This document shows, piece after piece, positions 8,129-17,352 of a DNA stretch of 24,056 nucleotides. The position numbers and the translations under genes were made by a program. Source of the stretch: Bdellovibrio sp. (GTDB taxonomy: Bacteria > Bdellovibrionota > Bdellovibrionia > Bdellovibrionales > Bdellovibrionaceae); NCBI GenBank assembly GCA_046318155.1, contig JBKCUU010000018.1:1-24056 (forward strand), in the 5' to 3' direction. The notes beneath the pieces were generated by a model. That model had not been told where the DNA came from. It did no database searches and saw only the letters and a list, made by a program, of their open reading frames with translations. Numbering within the stretch: position 1 is the stretch's first letter; the number at the start of each line of letters is the position of its first letter.

Positions 8129-8770
8129 CTAGTCTTTGACTTCAGACAGCGACTGGTACGTATCGACCAGTTTTTTCTCGCGGTTGACTTCTTTTTGCCA
8201 TCTGCCGACCTCGCCTTCGTAGCCACGTTTTTTGTTTTTCCACTCAGCTTCTTGTGAGTTGAGAGTTATCAGCTTGGATTTGACCTGAGCCTGAGTTTTT
8301 GCAATTTGATCTTGGCGTGATTGCCACTCTTTTTTCTCAGCGAGGATCTGACGCTTTTGCTCGTCGTAGTTTTGGATATTGGCTTGGCGTTTTTTCTGAT
8401 TGTCGCGAAGAAGAGCTGTTAACTTATCGAGCTCTTGAATCTTGGCTTCTTCACTCGCGATCTGTTTTTGCTCTTCTTGGATGAGCAGATTGAGCTCGCC
8501 CTCGCGGGATTGCACCGCAGCCAGCTTTTTTTGGTTTTCTTCAGCCGTTTGTGCCACATCTTTGTCTTGTGCTTGGACCTGAGATTTTGCTTTTGTTACT
8601 TCGCTCAAATTGCCTTCTGTAATCTTGAGATTCTTACGGTAGTCTTCAAGATTCGATTTTGAGTTGGCGAGGTTTTTTTGTAGGCGGTCCAAGCCTTGTT
8701 GCGCTGTTGTTTGGGCCACAGCAGATGTGGAGATCAACAATGTTGCCAGTACGATTGTTATTTTTTGCAT
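8129..8770 (-). CDS. Secreted/periplasmic coiled-coil protein of unknown function, last gene of the motor operon
   Basis: Sec signal (MQKITIVLATLLISTSAVA), then about 190 aa rich in K/E/Q with no Pro; GAGGTG RBS supports ATG 8770. Confidence 0.8.
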   Translation of the reverse strand: MQKITIVLATLLISTSAVAQTTAQQGLDRLQKNLANSKSNLEDYRKNLKITEGNLSEVTKAKSQVQAQDKDVAQTAEENQKKLAAVQSREGELNLLIQEEQKQIASEEAKIQELDKLTALLRDNQKKRQANIQNYDEQKRQILAEKKEWQSRQDQIAKTQAQVKSKLITLNSQEAEWKNKKRGYEGEVGRWQKEVNREKKLVDTYQSLSEVKD

Positions 8771-8816
8771 GAAACACCTCATTTGCATTGCTTGCCTGAA
8801 TTAATATTTCAAAATC

Positions 8817-10958
8817 CTATCGATCATTTGCTGAAGTGACTTGGTTCCCACCATTTTCGCCTTCAACCTCTGGGCAGACATTTTTAAGTGATGAACGGTA
8901 GTGACCCAACTCATCTTCCCAGACTTCACCTTTGAAATCCCATTTGAGTTGGCGGTTCTCTTCTGGCTTCAAACCCTTGGCTTGTTTCGGATCGATTTCA
9001 CCGCCAGCAGCCTGAAAGCGCAAATGCTCTCCGGCACCCGCAAATAATTCGTATTGCAAAACGTCTGTTTGGTCGAGTGAGTTGGACAAGTTGCTCAGCA
9101 AGTTGTCGAAGCGGTAAACCAAGGCTTTGCCAGCGGCAACTTTACGCTCCTGCTTTTCTTTTTCAAGGCGGACTAATCCCTGTGCGCGCACTTGTTTGAT
9201 CGAAGTCCGTGCTTTTTTAACGATGAAGTGTTGGACCTTAAAGCTGAGCAAGCGTTTCTCAAGCTCGGCAATTTCAGGCGTCGTCTCTTTGGGTTTGAGC
9301 TTCTTTTTGAGTTCGATGATTTTGTTTCGAACCGAGCTCTGATCTGCTAACAAGAACTTTTCGCGTTTGATTAAATCCATCGTGATGCGATTGTAACGCG
9401 ACACCTGGTCTTCGATGGAGTTGATGGCTTTTTGCTCGATCATGAAAGACGGATGGCGAGCTAAGGCCCAGACAAAGCCACGAGGCAGCCCGTCGATCTC
9501 TTTTGAATTCGAGTCGCGCATAAACCGTTTAACCGATTCGTAATACTCGAGCTCAGACTTACGAGACCTCTTATAAGATCGCATGCGCCCTTGAACGGGT
9601 GTGTAGCGCTTTTTCATGTCCTGCACGACGCGCGCGCCATCACCAAACTGGCATAGGTTCAAGTAACCCACGGTTCGCACCACGTAAGATTCGGGGGCAA
9701 ACGTGTTTTTAAAGAAGTCTGTGTGAAGCGAGAACATGTTTCCAGCGGCACCTTCGTGATCGCCCGCCAAGATCTGCGACCATGCTTGTTCAATCATGGC
9801 TTGGGGCCATTCAGGGTGAGACTTGTCAATTTTGAGGTAGGTTTGAAAGGCTGATTTGTAATCGGCAGTTTGAAAATACAAGCGAGCAAGCGTCAGCGCT
9901 GCAATCGACTTGAGTTCACTTTGAGCCGCCTTTTTCTCGATCGCCGAAAGAGCCGAAGCGACGGTCAGGATGCCCGTCTCAGGCTGACCGCTTTTGTACA
10001 AAAGTACGCCCTTCAAGAAAAGCGCATCAATATACAGAGGCGAATCCATCAAGATTTTTTCGGTCGCTGCAACTGAAGTTTTTAAGTCATCTTGAGCGAG
10101 GTAGTATTTCGCACGGTTCAGCTGATACTGGTCTGTCTTTTCGACTTCAATTTTGAACTTTTCGAGCTTAGGATCCAGGATCGCGACGAGCGACGAGTCG
10201 CCTTCGGCAGAGCTCTCGACCAAACTCAAGGCCGCGCGTTTTTGCCATTCCGAGTTGTTGTCGTCCAAAACTTTAAGCATCTGATGACGGTACTCCGAGT
10301 ACAATCCCAAGCCTTTGCCCGTGAGAGCCAAGTTGTACTGAGCTTCGGTACGGATTTCGGGGGCCTCGTCCAGGAGCTCTGCAAAAAGACCAAGTGCCAT
10401 GGGGTAGTTCTTCTGAATTTCTAAGAAGATCAGGGCTTGCAAAAGCTTGAGCTCAGTGGCGGACAGCCCTTTTATTTCGACCTGATTCAGCTCGGGTTTT
10501 AAGAGGCTGGGGTCTTGAACGGGGAGAGGTCCTTGATACAAAGGAACTCGGCCGACTTTCGCCGGGTCCGAGACGACTTTGGCCTCAGGGGCGGGATTGA
10601 CCCCGCCTTGAATTACTTTTTCAATCGAGATTTCAGCAACCATGGGCCGACGTTTAACATCGATAAGTTTTAACTCTCGGTTTGCTGGCAAATCAAGCGT
10701 CGAAGCCGGACTGGCTTGAAGCGTGGGCTCTTCTCCAATGTTCAAGCGGGGGATGTTTTTGACGCGATAAACTTCGACCTTACCGCCAACTTTTTTCTTT
10801 TGGTAGATCTCATACTGAGGAACGCCCGATTGCTTGATCTTCAACCTGGAATCAGGCGCTAGTCCAGGTGTCTTTTCCTTGAGAGCCTCAGCAGACGCCA
10901 GAGAAGTGCTGCAGATGATCGCTGCCAGTAAGATGTGGTTCCAAGTTGTTTTCATCAT
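8817..10958 (-). CDS. Periplasmic TPR protein, GltC-like
   Basis: Signal peptide, Pro-rich N-region, TPR-like helices, YLNLCQF and C-terminal WDFKGEVWEDELGHY...C resembling the GltC-type tail; GGGGGA RBS before MMKTT (10958 or 10955). Confidence 0.75.
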   Translation of the reverse strand: MMKTTWNHILLAAIICSTSLASAEALKEKTPGLAPDSRLKIKQSGVPQYEIYQKKKVGGKVEVYRVKNIPRLNIGEEPTLQASPASTLDLPANRELKLIDVKRRPMVAEISIEKVIQGGVNPAPEAKVVSDPAKVGRVPLYQGPLPVQDPSLLKPELNQVEIKGLSATELKLLQALIFLEIQKNYPMALGLFAELLDEAPEIRTEAQYNLALTGKGLGLYSEYRHQMLKVLDDNNSEWQKRAALSLVESSAEGDSSLVAILDPKLEKFKIEVEKTDQYQLNRAKYYLAQDDLKTSVAATEKILMDSPLYIDALFLKGVLLYKSGQPETGILTVASALSAIEKKAAQSELKSIAALTLARLYFQTADYKSAFQTYLKIDKSHPEWPQAMIEQAWSQILAGDHEGAAGNMFSLHTDFFKNTFAPESYVVRTVGYLNLCQFGDGARVVQDMKKRYTPVQGRMRSYKRSRKSELEYYESVKRFMRDSNSKEIDGLPRGFVWALARHPSFMIEQKAINSIEDQVSRYNRITMDLIKREKFLLADQSSVRNKIIELKKKLKPKETTPEIAELEKRLLSFKVQHFIVKKARTSIKQVRAQGLVRLEKEKQERKVAAGKALVYRFDNLLSNLSNSLDQTDVLQYELFAGAGEHLRFQAAGGEIDPKQAKGLKPEENRQLKWDFKGEVWEDELGHYRSSLKNVCPEVEGENGGNQVTSANDR

Positions 10959-11007
10959 CAGTCCCCCAATGGGAAGAAGCACGTCAGTAAAACGACTACA
11001 AAAAACG

Positions 11008-11751
11008 TCAGTAAAAAAACGTGAGCCCAAGTAAGAACGAGGTGTCTTGGCGGTTGGTCGTTCCGAGGTCGCGGTTAGCCGCGCCCGAACCGCCTAGACG
11101 GTAACGTTGCAAGTCTTGTTTGGACCATTTGTTTTTCAAATCCAAACGGACCGCAAAGTGCTCGCTGAAAAAAAGCTGCTGTGTAAAATCGAAGTTATAG
11201 CCGAGGGTTGTTTTTTTCTCATGACTGGTCTCTGAGGGATCAAGTTGACTTTCGTAAGTCATCGAGCCCAAACCAAGAGCGAACTGCATATCGAAGTAGA
11301 CGATCTTGCGATCCAAGAAGCTCATTTTTGCATAGAACGGAACCCAGATGAAATTTGCCGACGTGTACGAAACAAATTTATTGTAATTGGGTTGCAGCCC
11401 ATTGAATTTTTTGATTTGAACCAGGCCTTCATTTTCTTTGAGGTCGCCCATTTCATGCGCGAGTTCAAAACCCCAGCGCTCGCTCAAGTAGTAACCACCT
11501 GACACGTTGGTCATGCGTCCGATTGACCACTCGTCATTGACCATGGGTCCGTAGCTCAAAGTCACAAACGGACGTCCGGCTTTGGTGTAAGTTCGATTTT
11601 GAACAACCGAGAAATCCGCATCTTTGGCGGCCCAGTATTTATCCTCGAGCTTTTTCAGATCCAGCTTGTCGGAGTCCTTCGCGTCTCTGGCTTGTGCAAA
11701 GACCGAAAGGCCTAATGTCATCACTGCTGTAAAAGTAAGTAGAGCTTTCAT
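11008..11751 (-). CDS. Outer-membrane beta-barrel protein, GltA/GltB/GltH-like (myxobacterial OMP family)
   Basis: Signal peptide, VVQNRTYTKAGR, WVPFYAKMSF, alternating beta strands, aromatic C-terminus (LTFFY); GGGAGG RBS. Confidence 0.8.
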   Translation of the reverse strand: MKALLTFTAVMTLGLSVFAQARDAKDSDKLDLKKLEDKYWAAKDADFSVVQNRTYTKAGRPFVTLSYGPMVNDEWSIGRMTNVSGGYYLSERWGFELAHEMGDLKENEGLVQIKKFNGLQPNYNKFVSYTSANFIWVPFYAKMSFLDRKIVYFDMQFALGLGSMTYESQLDPSETSHEKKTTLGYNFDFTQQLFFSEHFAVRLDLKNKWSKQDLQRYRLGGSGAANRDLGTTNRQDTSFLLGLTFFY

Positions 11752-11772
11752 CCCTGCGCCTCCCGCGTGGCC

Positions 11773-13239
11773 TTAATTTGTACTCTTGAACAAGAAAGGG
11801 TAGGTGACCATCACCTTTGTACCCCCTTCAGGACTGGGAAATTTCCATTTCGCCACTCTTGAAAGGATGCAGCCCTCGACCGTTCCATTTTTTAAAGTTG
11901 ATTCGCCGATGCGCTGAGTTTCAACCAGGCCGCTACCGGCGATGGTAAACTTGACGCCCACTTTGCCGTACAAATCGGGTTGAGCTGACAACTGGCGCTC
12001 GTAGCAATACAAAATCTCGCCCAATTTTGATCGGATGTAGGCTGCGATCACTTCGCGGTCGAGGCCGCCAACCACTTCACCATCTTCTTCTAAAAGACCG
12101 ACGCCGCCGGTACCCGTTTTCCCGGTTGCGATCCCGCCCATGCCTTTTGTTGAGACACCGCCAGCAGCGCCGGCTGTCCCGATTTTTACGCCTTGGCCTT
12201 TGCCTTCACCCGCCCAGTCGTGTCCCGACTGAGTCACGGTTCCCACGGCCGCGAGCGCACGTCCAGAGGGAGCTGAGCCTGCGGCCACGCCGTTGGAAAC
12301 AACGATGTTGGCGGACTTGGCTGAAGAGGCCGAGATTTTTCCAATCAACTGCGAAATGCGAGAGTGGCCCAATGCTTTAATCGCCGACACTGTTTTTGCG
12401 CTGCCCGCAGCAGGAGCGGGCGTCGATTCACCGGCGGCCTGCTTGGGCTGCGGTTGTGTCTGTTGGACCTGAACGGGTGCACTTTGTTTTTTCTTTTTGG
12501 GAGGTGTCAGTTTCATCTCTCGGTACTCAAGGGGCGGCGCCGATGCGACAGCAACTTCCTCAGCGTCCCTAGATGATGGCGAGAACAAGAAGAGCAGAGC
12601 TAAGAGAGCCGCCCCTGCTAGCGTTGCATAAAGAGTCTTGCGTCCACCCTCATCGATGATCTGATCTTTGGTGATCATGCGCAAAGCTTCAACGGACGTC
12701 AAATAGATCGTGCGTTGGTTGACTTCAAGGTCACCAAACTTTGAACGCATCCAAGTGTCTGACTTGGTCATCGAGAGCTTGGTGAAAGTTCCATCAAATT
12801 TAGAAACAAAAGTTTTATCCAGGCCGAGGACTTGAGTCTCGAGAAGTTTGGCAGCGTGATAAACGGTGACCAGCTGATAAGGCTTTCGATCCGCTGCGGG
12901 AGACCAAAATTCAGGGGCATTAAAGCTCTCAAACAAAGTACGGCGAACTTCAAGAGGGATGACTTGAAAAGTCGTGGTGCCTACGCGAATTTCAGTGGTT
13001 TCACTGAGGCAAAGTTCAACGAATTTTTCGGTTTCTTGAGTACGGACATCAAGGTTCACATAAAACCATTTGTTGTCACGGTACTCGAACAGACCTTGAA
13101 TACCCTTTAAAGTATCAGCCGACGTGCGGAGCTCGGCAAATTTAGAGCTGCCCAGGCTGACCGAGCCTTGGTCCGGACGCAAACGCCAAGTTTTCACGAG
13201 CCCATTGGGGCCACGCTGTTCAATCAATAAGTTTTGCAT
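11773..13239 (-). CDS. GltG/AgmX-PglI-like protein: cytoplasmic N-domain, one TM helix, Gly-rich linker, TonB-C-like domain
   Basis: C-terminus GGLDREVI...YCYERQL...GKVGVKFTI...CILSRVAKWKFPSPEGG..VTYPFLF; TM TLAGAALLALLFLF; RBS spacing favours ATG 13239 over 13245. Confidence 0.85.
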   Translation of the reverse strand: MQNLLIEQRGPNGLVKTWRLRPDQGSVSLGSSKFAELRTSADTLKGIQGLFEYRDNKWFYVNLDVRTQETEKFVELCLSETTEIRVGTTTFQVIPLEVRRTLFESFNAPEFWSPAADRKPYQLVTVYHAAKLLETQVLGLDKTFVSKFDGTFTKLSMTKSDTWMRSKFGDLEVNQRTIYLTSVEALRMITKDQIIDEGGRKTLYATLAGAALLALLFLFSPSSRDAEEVAVASAPPLEYREMKLTPPKKKKQSAPVQVQQTQPQPKQAAGESTPAPAAGSAKTVSAIKALGHSRISQLIGKISASSAKSANIVVSNGVAAGSAPSGRALAAVGTVTQSGHDWAGEGKGQGVKIGTAGAAGGVSTKGMGGIATGKTGTGGVGLLEEDGEVVGGLDREVIAAYIRSKLGEILYCYERQLSAQPDLYGKVGVKFTIAGSGLVETQRIGESTLKNGTVEGCILSRVAKWKFPSPEGGTKVMVTYPFLFKSTN

Positions 13240-13259
13240 ATCCATCCTCTTCGAACAAC

Positions 13260-13298
13260 TCGAGCTAAGGTCGAACGCTCTTTTCGACCTCAGCTCGA
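13260..13298 (-). other. 16-bp intergenic RNA stem-loop inside the operon
   Basis: mRNA-strand TCGAGCTGAGGTCGAA-AAGAGCG-TTCGACCTTAGCTCGA; fully paired with one G-U; no U-tract. Confidence 0.75.
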
Positions 13299-13308
13299 CG
13301 GTATTTTA

Positions 13309-13608
13309 TTACCGAACATATTGTACGGAATCGCGGATCTTCGTATCCATGTCCTTTTGTACGTCGTACAAGGGCATGAATTTGATCCCGCGCTTCTGCA
13401 CAAGATAAGCTCCATCCGGGTTGCGAATCGTGCCCTTAAGACTCATCTCTCCGAAGTTCACTTCCTGAACTTTTCGGACAGTTTTCGTCTTGGCCTGAGC
13501 TGGCGAGGCCAGAACAAGTCCAAAGACGACCAAAAGGACTGGAGTTAGACCTTTGACTAGTCTTGCTGAATTCACCATCGTTGTTGTCTTCCTCATCGAC
13601 TGATTCAT
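13309..13608 (-). CDS. Small secreted protein, GltF/CglF-like
   Basis: Signal peptide ending PAQA; EVNFGEMSLKGTIRNPDG resembles the GltF core; position between large TPR and GltG; ATG overlaps upstream TAA (alternative start 13578). Confidence 0.7.
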   Translation of the reverse strand: MNQSMRKTTTMVNSARLVKGLTPVLLVVFGLVLASPAQAKTKTVRKVQEVNFGEMSLKGTIRNPDGAYLVQKRGIKFMPLYDVQKDMDTKIRDSVQYVR

Positions 13609-16600
13609 TATTTCCCTCCCGAACCATTGCCTCGGGCGACTTGTGAGCTCACGTGCGAAGAGTCTGCCTGCGTAACGGGTGCACCGGGTTTGTTAAGCCA
13701 TTCAATTTTACGTTTGAGCCATTCTTTTTGAGATTCGATCGACGAAGCCGAGTGGGCTTTCTCGTAAGCCTGGGCGGCCAGCTTGTTATCGGACTTATAA
13801 ACTTCTGCGAGGTGACCCAATTGCAAAGCGAGGGTCAGAGATTTTTTTGCATCAAATGATTTCTGTGCAAACCTAAGCGCCTGATCAATTTCACCTTTTT
13901 GTGCCATGCACTCAGACAAAGCGGGAGCGAGATCAAAGCGTTCCATTTGCAAAACTGGGATTGCTTTGAAATCATCTGCGACCGAGAAGCAATCGCCACC
14001 AGAAAAAGCCACCACGCCATGAAATAGCTTTGTTTCCCAAGCATCAAGGCGTTCATCAAAGGCTTTGATCATCCACTGGTTGGCACCGGCACGATCGCCC
14101 ATAGCGCCAAGAACAATGGCCTTTTGATACCAGAAGAACGCCTGGTCATTATTTTTCTTCAAAGCTAGTTCGATCAAATAAAGTGACTTCTCTTTAAGGC
14201 CTAAACCAAAAGCCGCCAAACTTAAGTAAAAGGGTGCTATCCCTGATTTGGGTTCAAGCTCCGCTATGCGGGCCGCAATTTTGTCGATCTTGGTAAATTT
14301 CTTTTGAGCCAAGCAACGATTTGCCAATGTCATCAGACCAGCAAAATCTTTTTGTAGATCTTTGGCTTCAACCTGGCAAGGGCCGGCTGTGGGCTCCTCA
14401 CGAGCGACAAACAATCCTTCTCCTTGCGTGAGCTTGGGTAAGTAGGGCCCCACGTGATCAAAGTTGATCAATGGGATTGTCGGTTTTACTGTTTCGTTTA
14501 ACGGTAAATTCGCAAAGTCGAGTTCAGCCGTTGTTGCTGTTTTCTGGGCTTTGGCTAAATCCACTAATTTTTTCTCAATATCTTTTTGTTTTTGCTCAAT
14601 GGGCTTCACCAAGTTAGTGAGTTCATTCGTTAGGGCTTTTTGCTCTTCTGGCATCAACGCAGTCTTGATGGTGGGCGATCCCACCGTGTCGACGTAGTCT
14701 TTATAGAGACGGGCCAGGCCCTCGAGTGTTGAAAGTTGAACATTAGCATCCTTCGAGTAGCTGGCCGCTGCCAAAAAAGCCGACTGAGCCTTTTCAAGTT
14801 TTTCGGTTTTGATCGAAAGTACCAAAGGCAGGCGGTCGAGCGTTGTTTTTGTACTTTGTGACGTCATTTCCCACTCAAGTACCTGAGCTTGAATCAGGCG
14901 GGCTTGTGCACGAACGGTGGGAGGAGCCTCCGATCCAACAAGAGCCTTGGCCGAGTTAAAGGCTTCAGTGTATCGTTTCTCTGCGAAAAACCTCTGCACG
15001 CGTTTAAGTAAAATCTCGGAAGCCGAAGGTTGAATGTTCAAAGATAAGATTTTTTTCTCCAGCTTAGCGTATTCGGGAGTCGTCTCTTCGCCTTTGTAGG
15101 TTTGCATCAGGCGCGAGTAGATTTTACCGTGATCTTTTTTATTTGCTGAATCTAAGAGTTTGCCTAAAAACTCACGGGCAACCTGTTTACGATTCTCAAG
15201 AACATAAATTTCGCTGATCGCCTCAAAGACTTGCGTCTGCTCTTGTCCTTTTAGTCGGGGAGTGAGCAGTTCGAAGGTGCTTACTGCGCGAAGCAAGAAA
15301 CCTTGTTCATTGTAGTGTTTGGCAGCCTCGCGTAACGCCGCTGTCGTCTCGGTGTCGTCGGGATAGGTCCGCGCATACTGGATCGCCAGATCAGCACCTT
15401 CAAGAGAACGACTGCTTGAGAACGCCAAGCTCATGGCTTGCTTCAGAGCTTTTTTCGCCAAAACAGTAGTCGACTTGTTTTCATTGTGAAAGGCCACTAA
15501 TTTTTGAATGCTCTCGGTGACTTGCTCCTTCTCTATCTTCTTTTGGATGATGTTAAAGTCAGCCTCTTGCATAATTTTTTGCATGCTCTGCTGGCGGTCC
15601 GCATTGTCCGACTGATCCATAATTTTTTTTGAAAAGTCTCGCAGACCACCCAAGTCCTGGCGGGCATTCAAGATATCGAGCATCAAGTCCTGGCTGCGCA
15701 AGCGGAGTTTGGGATCTTGCTTCAAATCCAGAGACAAAGGCCTCAACCATTTTTCGGATTCGACATCATTTTTCTCTTCGTATGCTAAAAATCCAATCTT
15801 GAACTTAACTTGCGGGGCTTGAACTCCCGTTGGGTATTTTGTGAGGTAGGTCTTGCTGAGCTCAACTAATTTCGTCTTGTCGCCTGATTCTTCACTCTTC
15901 TCAGACGCTTTTTCTAAAGACACGAGAGCAGCATAAGCCGCGTCGTGAGCGATTTGTGTATCGGCCGATTTGTTGGCTGCAAATTCGTACTGGCCTGAAG
16001 CTTCGCGAAACTTGTCTTGTTGAAATAAGAGCTCAGCGTAAGCAAAATGTGATTTTACGTCGGGCTTCAAAGGATCTTCGCGGTCCAGATGAATCTTGAA
16101 AGCTCGCTCAGTTAAATCCGCCATTTCCTTATTGGATTTGTTTTTGAGCCAGAGCTCCCACCACTTTTTTGCAATGTCGAGATTCGCCTTTGCGAGGTCG
16201 TAGTCGCAATCCGCTTCTGATGAAGTTGCTTCTTGTTTTCTCCAAGCCGAGTGGGGCCTGCAAACGTCGGCCGCTGCCTCCATATGCTTGATGACTCCAG
16301 GGCGGTTCCTTAATGTTTCATTTCCCTGGATTAAGAGCATTTCGATTTTGATGCGCAAAGGCGAGTACTCATGTTTTTTGATGTATTGAGCTAAGAACAC
16401 ATTCATCTCTTTCTGACGGCCGTGGCTGTCATAGAGTTTACCGAGGTTCATCATCGCTTCGCCCAGCTCTGCAGGGGTACAAACTTTGGCAAAAAACTCG
16501 TAGGCTTCATCCGCCGGGTGGGTTTCGCCAAAAAACAAAGCTAAGTCACGCAAGGCTTCGCTACGTAAATTGTGTGAGGCGCGAATTTTTTGGGTGTTTT

Positions 16601-17348
16601 TTGAATCAAAGAACTTCACCACATCCAGCAATTTCTCGATGGCCGCTTCGTTTTGTTTTAAGTTGTAGTTTGTCCAGGCCTGCTTATAAAGACCGTAAGA
16701 GTAAACGCGTGAACCTGGAAATTTCTCGATCGCGCGAAAATCCTCGAGAGCCATTGCAAACTGACCTGCATCGTAGCGCATCTCGCCAGTCGCTAAATGA
16801 GCATCCGGAATGAGTGTCGACTTCGGATGCTTTTGAATCATCCGGGCATAGGTCGCCTCGGCATTTTTCTTTTGGCCAATTTGTTGGCTGGCAAAGGCGT
16901 TATTGAACATCGCCACGTCCATCTCTCGAAAGCCGGGAAAGTCGCGTTCAATTTTGGTGTAGATCCCAATGGCCTGCCTAAGGTTCGCAATCGCGCTTTC
17001 GTCACGGACTTCGGGGGGGGCAAATTTCACGGGCGAATCGTCTTGTCCTCGCGTCAAATCAAAGAAACGCCCTGATTTAGCCCGGCGCATGTAGAGCTCG
17101 GCCAAACGAAACCAAAGGTCCGCCTCTTGCGGCGTACCCCGTTTCTTCTTCAGCACGGCGTTCAAGGCCTGGATCGCTTTGAACTCAGATCTTGTGATGA
17201 GAACTTCAGACTGAACTGCCTTTTTCTGATTGGCGTCTTCGTTATTCTTTTCAAGTTTGAGTTCGGGCAATAGTCCCTTGTCAGACTTTTGGGCCCAGAC
17301 GCTGCTTGGTGAAGAAATGAGAAGTGCAATCAGAAGAAGTTGTTTCAT
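13608..17348 (-). CDS. Large periplasmic TPR protein, GltD/AgmU-like (possibly with a fused GltE-like C-terminal TPR block)
   Basis: 1246 aa with signal peptide; ADLWFRLAELY, DAHLATGEMRYD, YGLYKQAWTNYNL, LRSEALRDL, FAYAELLF TPR repeats; position directly upstream of gltF-gltG-like genes. Confidence 0.8.
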   Translation of the reverse strand: MKQLLLIALLISSPSSVWAQKSDKGLLPELKLEKNNEDANQKKAVQSEVLITRSEFKAIQALNAVLKKKRGTPQEADLWFRLAELYMRRAKSGRFFDLTRGQDDSPVKFAPPEVRDESAIANLRQAIGIYTKIERDFPGFREMDVAMFNNAFASQQIGQKKNAEATYARMIQKHPKSTLIPDAHLATGEMRYDAGQFAMALEDFRAIEKFPGSRVYSYGLYKQAWTNYNLKQNEAAIEKLLDVVKFFDSKNTQKIRASHNLRSEALRDLALFFGETHPADEAYEFFAKVCTPAELGEAMMNLGKLYDSHGRQKEMNVFLAQYIKKHEYSPLRIKIEMLLIQGNETLRNRPGVIKHMEAAADVCRPHSAWRKQEATSSEADCDYDLAKANLDIAKKWWELWLKNKSNKEMADLTERAFKIHLDREDPLKPDVKSHFAYAELLFQQDKFREASGQYEFAANKSADTQIAHDAAYAALVSLEKASEKSEESGDKTKLVELSKTYLTKYPTGVQAPQVKFKIGFLAYEEKNDVESEKWLRPLSLDLKQDPKLRLRSQDLMLDILNARQDLGGLRDFSKKIMDQSDNADRQQSMQKIMQEADFNIIQKKIEKEQVTESIQKLVAFHNENKSTTVLAKKALKQAMSLAFSSSRSLEGADLAIQYARTYPDDTETTAALREAAKHYNEQGFLLRAVSTFELLTPRLKGQEQTQVFEAISEIYVLENRKQVAREFLGKLLDSANKKDHGKIYSRLMQTYKGEETTPEYAKLEKKILSLNIQPSASEILLKRVQRFFAEKRYTEAFNSAKALVGSEAPPTVRAQARLIQAQVLEWEMTSQSTKTTLDRLPLVLSIKTEKLEKAQSAFLAAASYSKDANVQLSTLEGLARLYKDYVDTVGSPTIKTALMPEEQKALTNELTNLVKPIEQKQKDIEKKLVDLAKAQKTATTAELDFANLPLNETVKPTIPLINFDHVGPYLPKLTQGEGLFVAREEPTAGPCQVEAKDLQKDFAGLMTLANRCLAQKKFTKIDKIAARIAELEPKSGIAPFYLSLAAFGLGLKEKSLYLIELALKKNNDQAFFWYQKAIVLGAMGDRAGANQWMIKAFDERLDAWETKLFHGVVAFSGGDCFSVADDFKAIPVLQMERFDLAPALSECMAQKGEIDQALRFAQKSFDAKKSLTLALQLGHLAEVYKSDNKLAAQAYEKAHSASSIESQKEWLKRKIEWLNKPGAPVTQADSSHVSSQVARGNGSGGK

Positions 17349-17352
17349 GATG

